Shown here one piece after another: positions 49,349 through 63,800 of a stretch of DNA of 64,000 bases. A program made the translations under genes and the position numbers. Under the pieces are notes generated by a model. It was not told the DNA's origin, searched no databases, and saw nothing but the letters and a program-made list of their open reading frames with translations. Numbering within the stretch: the first letter of the stretch is position 1; each line of letters starts with the position of its first letter. The stretch comes from Takakia lepidozioides (lineage: Eukaryota > Plantae > Bryophyta): NCBI GenBank assembly GCA_030704615.1, contig CM060732.1, positions 23,808,001 through 23,872,000 of the forward strand. The letters are read 5' to 3'.

Positions 49349-49954
49349 ACTCCCTTCCCTCCGAAGATCTCCACACTTGTGAATGCAGAACACCCCTTCC
49401 TTCTCCTCAACTTCTTTGACCACTCCGCCACACCAAGACACTGAAAAGTCTTAAAACCCACTTGTCAAGCCATGTTCTTTCCCAAGGCATGCCCCTGACT
49501 GATTCCTCGCCTCCATATCCGAGAAACCCAAAACGCACCTTCGCGGTCGTGCTCAGAAGATGCCAATTTCGTGGAACATCTTTCTCACCTAAGGCCACCG
49601 GTTCTTGCTGGTTCCTCCTTCCCCTCCGACTCTTTCCATCATCTCTTGCCAACAAACCCAGGCCGCAGGTCTAGGGCTACACGGCTATACACGCCCTCAC
49701 ATCTATCACTGCCAAGAATCCAACCAAAGAACAACTTCTAACCTTTGACCTCCCCCTGCCAAGTGTTGTCGATAAAAGAAGACAAACCATCCAGATTCCC
49801 AGCTCTCATACTCTCATATCTCTTTCCCCCCTCGCCCTCTCAGCTTGCCTCATTACCAACCACCCATGATTGCAAACGCACCAAATGACTCTGCGCCTTT
49901 CTCATCCTCCAAAAATGCCACCGCCCAATACGCACCCCACCAAAACCATGCAAC

Positions 49955-50270
49955 TTTCTCTCTCTCTCTCTCTCTCTCTCAATCGCTACCCTCTCTGTCC
50001 CTCTCTCTCTCCCTCCCCCACACTCTCTCCACCTGTGCACACGCAGGCTGTGTTGGCCGTAAGCAACACGGCCCCGATCGGTCGGCCCGGAAATGCAGCC
50101 CCGTTTGAGGGTCCCGCGCACATGAGCCCGCGGCTCCTTCCGCGCTGGCCCCCTCCAAACTTTCCCGCACCTGCACCTTGTTCCGCCCCAATCTCACCCC
50201 CCTTCTTGCTCCTTCCCTCTCTCTCTCTCGCTCTCTCTCGCTCTCTCTCTCTCTTTCTCTCTCTCGCTGG
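49955..50270 (-). promoter_or_regulatory. GA/TC microsatellite tracts upstream of the trihelix gene
   Basis: (CT)n runs at ~49955-50012 and ~50215-50265 beside a CpG-rich block at ~50050-50640. A regulatory role is inferred only. Confidence 0.5.
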
Positions 50271-51891
50271 CTCCGCACCACCACCTTCTTGCGCTCGTCT
50301 CTCGCACTCTCCACCCCCTCGGCTCCGTTGCGGATGCTCCAGCGACCGTGCTCGCGCAGACGACGGGCCGGCCTGACCGCAGCTTTAGGGCAGCCCGAGA
50401 ACTCTCTCTCGCTCTGCGCAGCTTCCGTTTCTTTCTGCGCTGGTCGGTGCCGGCACCCTATACCCGCGCCCAACGGTCACCTCGGCGGGCCTGTGCGACG
50501 GGGCCACGTCGCTGCCCGCGCCCCGCTGCCCAACATCGGATAGCATCGTTCGGTTTCCGCCCGCACGTGTGTCCCCGGCCTGTGCGTGCAGCTCCGCACT
50601 CTCGAGTTGTTGCTCGCTCTCACGTGATCGCGGTCGGAACCCTCCCTGCTCCTCATTACTCGCCCACCTCTTCTCTCTTCACTCTGCCTCCGCCCTTTCT
50701 GTGCTGGTCTCCACGAGGCTGCTCAATTTGGAATGTTTCCGTTTTATGGAAGGATTGCAGATGCAGGAATGACTGGAAGCCGCTGCATTGTTTGTCCCAT
50801 GATCGTAAACAGACAGACACAGCTCATGTTTCGCAAGCTGGCTCACACTTATCACATTGCTGTTTTCTGCCAGAGAGGTTGGCTTTCAAATCGCCCATGA
50901 ATGAATAACGGTCATGCAATTGTATAATTCATGGAACTACAGAGACTCAGTCTAGTTTGTTCCCCAATTTCCAGTACATGTTCAAGTCATGATACCAACA
51001 AGATCCAAGATTGATAAAACATGAGCAGCAGCAGGCAGGCCTGCCTGCTCACAGATGGCAGCTAGCTGCCATCAAAAGCAGTCAATGAGACCAGGGAAAA
51101 CTTCCTGTGAAGGTCATCCCAGTCCTGCTCTAGCCAGCAAAAGAACCACAACACATCAAACGAGTGTAGAGGGTTCTCTCACAGTAGAGCTTCTAACAGT
51201 AGAGAGAAAGTATCTCAACCCCACAGATCAAACAGATCAGATCAGACCAGACAGACAAATATGACTCTTTTGAAACATTGGAACATTGCCAGTCTTAGAT
51301 GGCACATTATAATAAGCAGCACTTGTACTGCAAAGAATACATCTCAGACCACTCAAAGGCAGTCTTTGTAATTACCAGAATCCTCAGCGTCCACAACTTT
51401 GTAAGCAATAGGTCCTTGGCTCCAAACAATATCCACAGCCAGTGCCATACATCAAAGTAATACAAGAGTACTCCACCCACAGAGGTGGAAAAATGGTACT
51501 TCATGTATCCATACGGCATTTAATATATATCCATAGGCAATTCAAAGAGGGGGTGACATGTGAAATCTACAAGATTTGAAAGTCCTAGCCCTTCATTCTA
51601 TACAGTGTCCCAGATTGAAGTGGGGTGCAACCACCTCTATTCTATGTTTTACCCCAATCAATATTTGGCCAGCAAACCCTTGCTTCATGCGCACAGTCAA
51701 GATAGAATGTGGCTGTCTGTCTCTGATACAACCTCATTTCTCCCATCAGCAAGCGCTTGGCCCTGTTTGTGTGAGTTTCACACACCCTTTCCTGCACAGG
51801 AAGAAGAGGGCATGCGTACTATGGTATATAACTGGTGGCCCTACTCGTGCATTGCAGACACTAAAATCTATACAGGTGTATATTGTATATG

Positions 51892-54800
51892 TCAGTAGAA
51901 GAACAAGGAGGATGAGTCCACACCATTTGGAACATCTCGGGAAAGCATGGACCGGGCCTCCATGACAGAGCGTGGAGGCTCCAGGTCCTTCTCTTGCAGT
52001 GCACGCCCTTGTAACCGTTGCATTTGCGTTGCAAAGACATCATCCAAAATCTGCACATCCCATCACCAACCAACCGGTCACATCTACGAAGTTTCCAGTC
52101 TGGGCAAAGATGCTCAATGTCTAGGGCTTCGGCAGGGAGAGGAGGCCCCAAATCCTAAGAAAGTTGTTGACTAGAACAGACACTGCAAAGATCATCCAAG
52201 ATTTTGGATTTGCAAAGAATGTGAAATGCAAAGTAGGTTGAGAGGACTCACTCCAAGGGCAAAGGATGAGCCTTTATACCACGACCTATTCTCTTTCCTG
52301 TTTTCCAAAAAGTGTAGCACATCCTGTGCCCCACCAATGCAACAACAGTCACCCACCCTTTAGTCGGGCTGTCATCAAGATGGCAACATACAATTCAAAC
52401 ATGCCAATCCATAGGAGTACCAAATCATCTACAACTGACCTAACTAAAAGGCAGACATGCTAATAGAAACAGCAAACACACTAGCAAGCCAAGATTTTTT
52501 TTTAGATTTTCTCTTTATTGCCAATTGCTAGTGTTGTTTATGCCAACCCCAACCAATGCACAAACAACCTGGCAGAAAAGAAAGAGAGAGCTTACCCGAG
52601 CCATCCGATCCCAATATCCCCGGCATACAGCAACAAAGACCCGCGTCGTAAAGACATCATGGAGATGAGAGATCGTGTCTACAAGCTGCGTGTTGAGCGG
52701 CTGCATTCGTTCCCGAATTTCTGATTCACCACCCGCCTCCCTTGTGTCCTGCACTATCTGCTTCAACTTCGTAGTGCGCTGCAACCGTGCCTGCTCTCAA
52801 CCCCACCCCTTTGTCCAGTCAGCAACTGTTCTGAACAAGACTAGACATGGGTTCTAGTGCACAGCCAACCTACCAAGTTCTCTTGCACCCTGAAAATACG
52901 CCAAACACATCAAGTTGTTTCGTCACTGTCTTCCCGTGTAGGATTAATCATTTTACATTTAAGAAATGTCCTGTTGCAGAACTTGATCACTTCCACAAAG
53001 AAATTCACGACGAATCAGGGGTAAACTAATTAAGGCAAAGCACGGCCAACACTGAAGCAGAAAGTACATTATCAGCCAGTTTCTCGACAATGGCTTGTAA
53101 AAAGTTTTTGTATTTGGCGCGGAGCTCAATGGTGACTTCGTTCAGTCGCTCCCCAAACAAAACACGATTAGGACCAGCCCCTTCACCCGGGAGGCACGCC
53201 ACCCATGCCTTCATCTGTGCCTCTATCTTCGGCCGCAGGGTATCCAAAAGCCGCTTAACGCTGTTCAGCATCACTCCCAGCTGCATCACCCCATTTGAAC
53301 TTGTCCACTCTTAAAAACCATCAAAGCAAAATACCAGGTCGTTCCCTCGACAAGTCCATCGAATTATTCAAATACAGATTATCAACAAGAGCTTGAAGGA
53401 AAATGTCTTTTATTTGCAGCCCATTCTATCCAGTCACTATTTCTGAGAGTGAGTGCGGGCTCTCTCTCTCAGAAGCTCTTTGAATTCCATATCCCATAAG
53501 CTCTTTGAGCTTTCTGCGGACGTTATAAAGTTCCATTTCATCTCGTTTTTCTCTGTTCTCTTCTTCCCAAAGAAAAGGAGGATGGTAATGAAGACTTTGC
53601 CTTACCTGGCTGGGAACACTGTAGATAGAGATGGAGCGACGCCGTGTAAGCTTCTGCATGTATTGCAGGCTGAACTTTTTGGGAACCATGACATCCTTAA
53701 GAGGCAAAAGAACTTCTGCATATTGTTTCTCCAGGGCTCCTATCACTGCCCTTTCCACATCTGCAACTGCCTGCCCTCAAAATTCGAACCCAAAGGCCAC
53801 ACCAGAGACATAGCATGAATGTCAGAACATAATGCTATTATTCAATAGTATGTACACACTCTCTTAGTATGAAACTTTCATTTTTGGGAAAACGAAATTC
53901 CCTACAGCTGGCCCATAGTGCACACAGAACTGTCACGAATGGAAGGATACTATGGAACCAACCAAATTGGCTGTATCTGTGAGAACCTAGACACCTACTC
54001 TAGGTGTCAAAGTTCAAGCATAATTTGCACAGTTGTGAGAGAGATCATGGAGAGGTGATATTACATTTTCTAGAGCAATTGTGTACTCAGGCCAGCGACT
54101 GATGATCACTTCATACTCATTCAGTGTATCCTTGATACGCTCATAAACCTCCTCCACAAATGGGGATGTGGAATGTTGTGTTGTTACCCATGTCCATCGT
54201 TCCTACACCCAGGTGCACCTGCCACATATCAGCTTCTTCTGTCCCATCTATTCACTGCGGGGACTTTTCAGAGTTATTGGGACTCCGTGCATAGTTTAAT
54301 GCCAGGAAGCAACATACAAGTGTAAAGGGAATTTACTTTGTCGAATTTGCAGAAGTCAAGTAGGTGGAGGCGCTTGTCCTGGATCCACAGCACAATGTAT
54401 AGATGAAACAAGTCCTTGGCATCCACCCCTCCTTTCTGTGCCCTGCAGCAACCCATCACCCATGCAGTGCTCCATGTTATAATCATCATGATAAAACAAA
54501 GAAGTAGACTGCATTACTAGGCAAGGATCCCAAACAGAAGAGTTACCTTACACCCCAAGAGCCTAGATCCCTTTGGAAGTCAGCCGTGGCTATCATCAAC
54601 TCTGCCACAGGTGCTGAGGGGCAGGAAGGTGGACACGCAACCAAGAAAGTGCGCAGGCGATTGGCCAGCTCCATATTGTAGATGCTCGCTGCAATGTTCG
54701 GCAAATCGATGGAACTGCCATGACATCCCCACCCCAGTCAATACCTAATCCTCTCAAACAATTCAACCACAAGAGCACCTCCTTCAACTACTTCCCATCA

Positions 54801-57800
54801 TGGCTACGCTTTGCTCTGAAGAGCAAATGAATTAGAAACAAATAAGGATGGTAATGGGACTGGAAATTGGCACTACAGACCTAGGTAACACGTGCTTGTT
54901 GTGGATATCGATATCAGCTCGCACCTCCTTGCTTATGTGCATGCACAAAGTTTTCATCTTCAGATATGCACTTGCCATACTCAATGGATCCATTAGAAAC
55001 CCTTCACTGTTGCTTGACACATACTCATCGGTTTCTGCCATATGCCGCTTGCACCTTTTCCTTGCTGCAGTCTGTTTGTCAAATCCAAGCCCTTTAGGTT
55101 CTCCACAAATGAGTGTGAATTTTTCTTCTTTAAATTCAATTATGGAGCTTTCCATGGACACTAAAAATCTCGAGTCATTTCTTCCTTTCTTGTGGTGGCT
55201 GGTTGTCGAGGGCTCCACTTTTCTGTCTTACATTCAATTTCATTCTATCCCAGAAGTTCTTGAGGTTAAGATGGATAATACATACTTTCACCTCTCAACT
55301 ACAGGCCCTATGCCCTCCCTGTTGATATTGTCAAACTATTCTTTTTTCTCATTCTATCTCTTCTTGAATTGCCCTCTATATTATGAGATCCGTGGGAGAT
55401 TCCACTGTCTATTCCGTGGAACTCAATCTCTCACTGAAGTTTTCCACTATGAGGATCAGAAATGCTCGGCAGCTTACCTGCACGAGGCCTTGACACTTAC
55501 ACAATCCCTTGAGCAGTAGTTGCTTTTGGGCTGTTTTTTGGCTCTGGTTTTGTTTCCTCTCTTATTTTTCCCATTTTGACCCATAAGCTCTTTGAGCTTT
55601 CCGCGGCCGTTATAAAGTACTATTTCATTTCTTTCTTTGAGCAAAGGGTCCTCTCTCTTCCTTGTTTCATGCATTCTCTTGTACCATGAGTTCTCTGAGC
55701 TTTATGAAGTATCATTTCATTTCTTTCCTTCCCTACAAAACACTCCGTGATTATCAATAACAAAAATTCGCAGACAGGATACATTTTCCAGGCCGGTTGA
55801 AAAGTCAAACCTTGAAATAGTTTCTAAGGATGCTCTGAGCCTCCAAAGTGAGAATGTCATGTAACAAAGTGTAGATCTGTACAGCTGGTACCAAAGCAAG
55901 GGCAACAGTGCCAGATGCAGGCGTTGAGATGTCAGCCAAGCCTGAGGGGGATGTCTCATCAAGCGACTTGTAGTTCTCAAATACAAGAGCAAGCAATTGC
56001 GCCACCTGTTCCTCCACATCCGCTAGTATCCGTTTCTACAAATCAGCACACCATTTCCCCTTAGTATTGTCTCCCAAACCGCTACACAGGTAGAACCAAG
56101 TTTAGTAGTGAGAAACGCAATCAAAGTGTATTTAGCCTCTTCAAGCAACACGTCAGCCGAATTAAGCATTATCACGCTGGCCTACACACCATACGTGTGG
56201 CCAAGGGCTAACTCCATGTTAGGCTATGGACTTCATTTGACACCAAATAGAACACATGTAAGGGAGGGAGGAAAACAAGAAACTCTGATTTTAGAAAAGG
56301 GGCAACGATGTTAGAACAGATGGACAGTAAATACCTCCTGCCTGTTGAGGGAGTTCTCATCACGAGCTTTGATGATAGGGCACAGCAAGTCATGAATAAG
56401 TACAAGACAGTCCTCTGTAGGTGTAGCCACTTCCATAATGCACACCAGATACCTGTCGAGGTAGTACTTCCATCAGGCTTGCAGAGATGTGTCTCACCTC
56501 TCCAATTGCATTCAAACTGACTGTAGTCCTTCGAGAATTATAAACACAGCCTGGAAGGGCAGATCATAAAAGCAATAGTGAAAGAAACACTGAGAGAAGG
56601 GTTACCTGAGTTTTGTGTATGAATCCGACACCCCATAGCAGGATGCAAACTCAGCGAGCAGCCATAGCCAGGAACCATGCAGCCGCAGGTTTCGGCGCTG
56701 AAATTGTTGCACTCGCATGGCCACCTCCAGCACTATGTCATATGCCCTTGTCTCCCCGACGGGGCCCCACTGCGCTTTCCACACAAGGCAAGCTTGATAA
56801 CATCAAATAGGGCAAACAACAGAGACACAAATAAGGTGAGCACACGAGTTGAGGAGAAAGTAAGCACATTCATTGCAATGAGAATTGAAAACCGCAGTGA
56901 TGCAGAGAAACAGAGAGCAGGTTCAATGCTGTCAGCTGCAGAGGACACAGTATAGTTAAAAACAGATAGGAGCTTAACGTTTTAAGTATATACCTGTTAC
57001 AGCATGACTTTGTTATTTAATTAAGGCAACTTGTGTGACACAGAGCAAGGTCTCAAACCTTGGCGGAACCGATTTCACCCGATGTGACTGTGTAGTTGAG
57101 GAAGAGCTGAACCTTGCCAACACACTCATGCTCCGGCTCGCTATAAATGCCGTACCAACGCACACGATCATTCTACAGAAAATACGACAGGAAGTCAGTA
57201 TCTCAATACATGTCACTTGTGCAGATGAGGTCTGGATACCTTTCTCTGATGGCCAACTCAGAAAGGGAAATGCCATTTCTATCTATTTATGCATTTTTTC
57301 GTGCATCTCGGAAAGAGAAATGTAGTGCTTTCAAGCGCCACTTTGTCTGTAAGACAAAGTGGCACAAGAAAGAAACAAAGCCATGTCAAACTCCAAACTT
57401 TTTGAGAAGATTAGATAGAAAAAAGGAAATGAAATGGAACTTTGTAACATCCGCCGAAAGGAAATGAAATGAAATGAAATGGTGCTTTATAACGTCCGCG
57501 GAAAGGAAGAAACTATATAACGTCCGCGGAAAGCTCATAGAGCTTATGGGACAAAATGGAAGAAAACATGAGAGAGGAAACAAAAACCAGAGCCACAGAT
57601 AAATACTATTGTTCGAGTGATTGTCTAAGGGTGAGTGCCTCGTGCAGGTACTGCCAAGCATTTCTGATCTTCATAGTCATAGACATGGTAAGGCTATAAC
57701 GTCCAGGGGTAGCTAGAGCTTATTGGGGAGAGAGAGGGAGAGAGAGAAAGAGCAAGAGAGACCGGATCATCGCCGATAGAGGCAAGCTGGACAACAAGAC

Positions 57801-60800
57801 GCCCATGTGAGGTGCCCTTGGAGTCCTGTATTTCCAGCAGTAGATCATCCCCTGAGGTCTCTGGGAGGCTGCAGGATCCAATGTACACGTAATTCAAAAG
57901 ACATGATAAGAACACCAAATTCTCACCAATGTCAACCTCACGTGCAATGAAGCAGACGAACCACACATGTCAGTCAACAGGGTTGCTGTAGTACATACAA
58001 TACTGAGGTGTCGCTAGATCCAGGCTGCATGCGCACAGCATCTTCCTCAGGTGAGCTTTTCAAACGCAGCACACACGAGAAGCTCTCTGCAGCACCACAC
58101 GTTTGAATCCATCATCAACTTAATCACAAACTACAGCGTAACCATTCCATCATAACCTACTAACTCAAGCTACCGGCATCCGAATAATATTGATACAGTT
58201 CACGAACAACTGATCTTATGGTACAAGCACCAGAGAACCAAATGTCACAAGTGCCTTCCACCTCTAACTTTCACAAATTGAAACTAGCCCAATGCTGCAA
58301 CCTCCATGCACACTAGAGACAAGCTCCATCCACTGTGCTCTACATCCGACAGGAAAGTTGATTCAGCATGCACAGGCCTTATAATTGCTCTCCAGCCTGT
58401 AAGGCTAACTGGATGCAGGCAGCTAGCAGTAGTCTGCATGGTCAACCAAGCAGGCACCTGACGACTACAAAAGATTGCGGCAAGAAAAACATGACAAATC
58501 TACCCCAGAATGTCCAGCACCTTACCACAAACGAAAAATGAAGATAAGAGAGAACTGGAAACAGGGGAGACCTTGTGGAGCTTCAGCAAGGGCACTATGG
58601 CGGAGGCTGTTGACCTTGTCCTTGAGAATTCCAGACACCTGGCGTACATACTGGGCACCAGCATTGACATAGGCCAGGCTGCGCTGGGATGACGAGGAGG
58701 TGGAGCGCACAGCCGATTTGGGAATAAATCGGAGCTTTCTCACTGCGGCCCATCCCGTCAAAAAGGGCGACCGTTTGTTAGCACTTTCCTTCCCCTCAAG
58801 GTCCCGGCCAGTAGGAGCAGGGTCCACCGACGCGAAGCTCCGTCTCAACGGCTGCTTTGTCAATATCTTCACTTTCCGCACTGCTCCCCACCCAGAAAAC
58901 ATGGGCTGGTCAGCCTTTACCCATCCCAGACCCCATTTTGTGGGGTAGGTTATGGTAGGGACCTGTCCTCTTCTCCCTTTATTTTTGAGGAGCCTACGGC
59001 AACGTCTTATGAGTATGTTCACTCTTCATGAGGCGGACAGTCTTTGGGCACTGTTTGGGGATTCATGTCCTTTGGTTTCTGTTCATCCTACTATGTCCCA
59101 TGGGGCCTATGGGCCTTGTGTGGCCACAGTAGTTTTCACTTTCTTTCTATTCCAGAGAGCTTACAACGGAGCAGAAGGATTTGAAATTCAAGCAACTTGC
59201 AACAAGTATGGGTACCATATCAAGTATGCCAGTCAAAACCTGGTGCAATAGGAGATAACATGGATCAAAGTACCTACAGCAGATCAAGATGATAATCGTG
59301 GGCAGGTTGTTACCTTGCACCTTGACCCTGCCAATTGTGCGCTTAGGCTTTGTTGTAGCACTTGCATCAGCATCCTCACTTGCTCCCTCCATCTTACCTT
59401 CCTCATGTGGCTGCAACAATATGCGTTGTAACCTGTGTTCCCACCTTTTTCCCTCAGGTTCTCGGACACTTCTTGCCTAACTCCAACTGAAAATATACCC
59501 AATTCCACCAGCTGGCCACTCCCAGTTGATATTGGTGGTGAGGCATATCTGGCTCAAGTACCCTCCTACATCCAGTACAACTCTCCAAGAGACTCGCAAG
59601 GTTTACAATCACCCACCAAGAAAACCTCAATACATCTGTGAGGAGCTGTAGAGTCTCAGTCTGAAAATGTGGATAGGACATCTCTGGCACCTCATAACAG
59701 GACAATGAGGAAAAGAGGCAGGCTGAAGAATGCTACCCAAAGCAGTCTCGAAGGAGGGAGCACTCGTCTTGAAGAAATTCGGGAGCCTCCATACATCCAC
59801 GGGCCCAGGCCCGCAGACAAAGCCGGACACAAGCATCATACGCTAGCACTGCCTGCCAAGCTGCTTGCCCACTATCATCCCCCCCAGTTTGATTTGTCAG
59901 TGTGACCATAACAGCGAGATGTTTCATTCCTCAACTTGCAAAAGGAAAAAATCACGTTTGGTGTCCTACATACGAACCCTGATGATATCTAGTTTAAACC
60001 AACTGCCTTCAAGTTCAGACGTAACCAGATTTTATGAGGACAAAAAGAGATTAAAACATTGTAGATAACCAGGAATAATATAGTCCATGAGGTAGGTACT
60101 ACACCATCACAAGATGAAACCAAAGAAAAGCAATTGAAATAGTGTTTGTCAAAAGCTGCTTCAAGAAGATACCAAATGAAATGCACTTACATCCTGAGTT
60201 TAAAGGTTGAGTCCAACCTGGGATAGACAGGAGGCATAAGAGGCATGGAAGTGGCTGTATTTCTCGATGAAAGGCCCACCTCCTCCCCTCCCCTAGTTGA
60301 TACTGACCTGCCAACCATGCCTCTTTCTCATATAAATGCATGCCACTTTCCACCTCCTAATTCTCCAGAACTTCTTCCATACACCCAGAACTCGGCCAAT
60401 CTGAGTCTGTCCCAGTACATTCCTTATTGCTCCTCACCTCTTGTTCTACCATATCCTATTGGCGTTACGGGCCTTCCAGCGTATTGTTGTAGCTATATTC
60501 TACTTCACCCTCTCTGCGCATGCAGTGGGTTTCTTTTCTGGCTCTCTTGTTTTTCCATTTTGTCCCATAAGCTTTTTGAGCTTTCCACGGACGTTATAAA
60601 GTACCATTTCATTTCTTCTTTCCTTCCTTCCCTTCTCTGTCTCTCGGACTACATTTGAATACAGAACTTCTTTATTTCCGTCTTCATTCCTTCTCTCGCT
60701 CTCTTTTGAGAACCCCAGTGGACACAATAGCATGCTCCTTTTCTATACACACAAAATATCCATTAAAACCAGCAGACTGTAGCCTCCTCCCTCCAACAAG

Positions 60801-63800
60801 GATACTAGCTCCCTCACCCCGCTGCATAGCCGTTTGAAGAAGACAAAATGCAAGTGAAGTGTTAAAAACAAGTCTCACCTCACACTTGGTTCGCAGGGCT
60901 TGAGAGACTCGCTGTGTTGCTTTAGATCCGTTTCAAAACTGAAGGCAGTGAGCGATGAGAAGGTGGGGGTTGGGGGGGGAACCTCAGGTTGGTCCAGTAC
61001 CATCCCAGCAAACATGGGTGGCGCACTTGGCGGTACACTCTCTGACTGACTGTGCCGCAGCATCTCTGCCCTTTCCTTCCTTACCGGTTTTTCCTGCCAT
61101 CCACCACTCATCTATTGGTGTCCTTGAACAACTCTACTTCTCAACTATTTCCTTTGAATGAGAATATTAGACAAAAAAACATGCTGGGTACCCCCAATTG
61201 CTGTTTTGGGCCACTAGGGTTCTCTTGCAGGTTACAGTTTATGTTTTACTATAGTTTCAGCAGCCGGAGGATTGCGTAAAATACGAAAGATTCTTGTAAT
61301 TAACTCTGTTATGAAAATCTTTCGAAGTTATAGACTAGTTAATTCCTACAAATGCATATTGAGAATCATTGAAGTTTGCCAAACTAAGCCTTTGTTGTTC
61401 TCATTACCCTTTATCTTGAGACAATTCTCAATCACATGAGCCACCATTAGCACGAGAAGTGTGCTACAAATAGTGTCAGACAAGGACTAGGCTCAATAAG
61501 TCTCAGGGCAGAAAGGAAACTTGTTAAAGCATCAAAAAGGCTGAAAAAGCGAAGGAAACACCAGAATAGTCTTAAGCTTTGAAAAAGTTACAGTTGCATA
61601 GTGAATAACTCGTACATGAAGCCCAGAAGGCACCTGGAATTGCAAGTCGGACTCAGACACCCATGGTCGTGCAGGTGCTTGGGTGGCAGCATCCTTGTCC
61701 AGTGCACTGTTTGGCCTTGCCTGCATGACCCCCAATAGCTGGTTACCTTCCTTCAGAGTTGCATACAATCCCTAGTTATGGTTGCAGCCACCAGTTCAAT
61801 GGTAGGTTCTGAAGAAGGGACTGAAGAAATGAAATGAAGTGGTACTTTATGCCGTCCGTGGGAAGTTAAAAGGCTGAAGAAAGAAACTCGAGAACTTGCA
61901 GGACAAGTGGCAAGAAGAAGTTTGTCTTCACCCTGCAATGTCTTGGCACATGGCATTTGCATGGGCACACACACACACACTCTCTCTCTCTCCCTCCTTC
62001 CCATGGACATTTATAAAGATGTTCTTTCTTTCTTTCATTTTTTTTTCCTCTCCAGTACATGCATTATCAGCTACAATACAGAGAGGCTTCCAAACACATG
62101 CAGGAGAAACAGCACACCTCATGAGCAGTAGCATGCATGGAATGGGAATCATGGCCCGTGCTAGCAGGGTCTATAGCAATCTGAGGATAGCCAGCCTTGC
62201 TTTGCACATGACTACGATAAGGTACAGAGTCTGTCGCTTCCTCCTCATCTGCCGTGTCATCATCATCAGACAATTCTGTCCCTGAGGAGAACTGTCTGCC
62301 TTGAAATGCCTGCATCTCACATAAGTCACCCCTCTCTGTCATATCCTCTCGCCCAGTTTCCGAGAAGTATCTCCCACTTCCAGTGTAGGCCGCTTGCAAA
62401 TCGAAACTATCCCTTCTACCAAAACTGTCCTTGCGACCAAAGCTGTCTCTGCGACCAAACTCATCTCTTCGACCAGAACTATCTCTGCGCCCAAAGCTCT
62501 CCTTGCGAAAACTTTCCCGTCTTCCAAAGCTCTCCCGCCTGGAGATGGGCAGATGTCGGTCATAATAGTCCTCCACTTCAATTGGCTCTGCTTTCAGGGA
62601 GTTCCCTTTACCCAATTGTGCCTCTTTCATGTCATTATCTCGCTCATGTAACTGGCTAACAGTCTCAGAAGGGTAATCTGGGGCACTGTGAGGAGGAGGG
62701 CTTCCTGAAGGAGATGAATCGGGAGAGTAAAGGCCAGACTCCTGCTCCTCGCCAGAATCGTAGTCATCTTGGGTGGGATTGCCTGCAGAGATGGATCCCA
62801 CACTCTCTTCCAAGTCGTCGCTAATGTTTGTGGTGTGGTCAGATGAAAAGGGAGGCCTCAACAAGCCTGAGTGAATGTGTACATGTGGCAGTTGTGAAGG
62901 GGGCAACCCCCACCCTTTGCCTGGCATCCGTACAGCTGAGAAGGCATGGTCTCGCGTAATGTCAGGGCTGCCTTTCCCTGATGTTGGCGCACTTGCGGTT
63001 CTTGCTTGTTCCTGCCCCTCCAGCACCTACCATTAGTTCTCGCCAACAAAGCCAGATGTAGGTCAAGGGCTACACTGGCTACAACAAGCTGCCTCCATCC
63101 CTCCCTCAGATACTTCTTGCTCTTCAATCTCATGGACGATCCATCTTGAGTTTACAATCATCACAAGAATGTCTATAGTTTGCAATGAGCAAACATTAAT
63201 CTGTCTTTCTCTCTGAATGAAGAGTTCACTCTTCAGACATCCCTTGAGCTTCCGTTCCTTTTGTGGCCCTTCTCTCTTCTGGTTTTGTTCATCTTTTCCC
63301 ATAAGCTCTTTCAGCTTCTCACAGCCATTGTAAAGTACCATTTCATTTCTCTTTGCCTACCTCGTTTCCAATATGCAATGCCAGCTAATTTGTCCAAACC
63401 ACATGTGCCCCAGTAGTAGGGCTTTCAAACTCGCTGGACGTAATGTTATCTTTCACTGCCAAGAATCTTCGGAGCGAAGAATAACTTCCAAAGCTGTTCT
63501 TCACTCGCAATAACTGTTGATACAAGGAGAAGGACAGTATCTGCATTCCCGGTCTTGTGTTCCATCTCTTTTACGTGTCCCTCTTCAAATGCAACATTGC
63601 TAATTGTCCTTGACTGCAATGTCCAGAACGAGACTAATCCTAAGCTTGTGCCCTTCATATATTACAAATGTCACCGTCCCATACACACTAGGATTATAAC
63701 CACCTTTCGACAGAGTAGAGGCTCTGTCTCTCTCTCTTTCTCCCTCGCTCCCTCTAAGCTCGGCATTTTGCAATGCCACTCCGATTGGACAGGCAATGCC

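Noticed and set aside
47639-49419. Plus-strand ORFs antisense to the trihelix CDS
   Set aside because: Shadow frames of a GC-rich coding region.
49840-50908. Several long overlapping ORFs upstream of the trihelix gene
   Set aside because: Explained by GC-rich and (CT)n low-complexity sequence; no domain recognised.
58880-59022. Apparent duplicated GWxAVRK motif in ORF 58522-59022
   Set aside because: The first copy spans an acceptor (GGAGCAG|TGCGG); the upstream part is most likely intron, and the exon begins at VRKVK.
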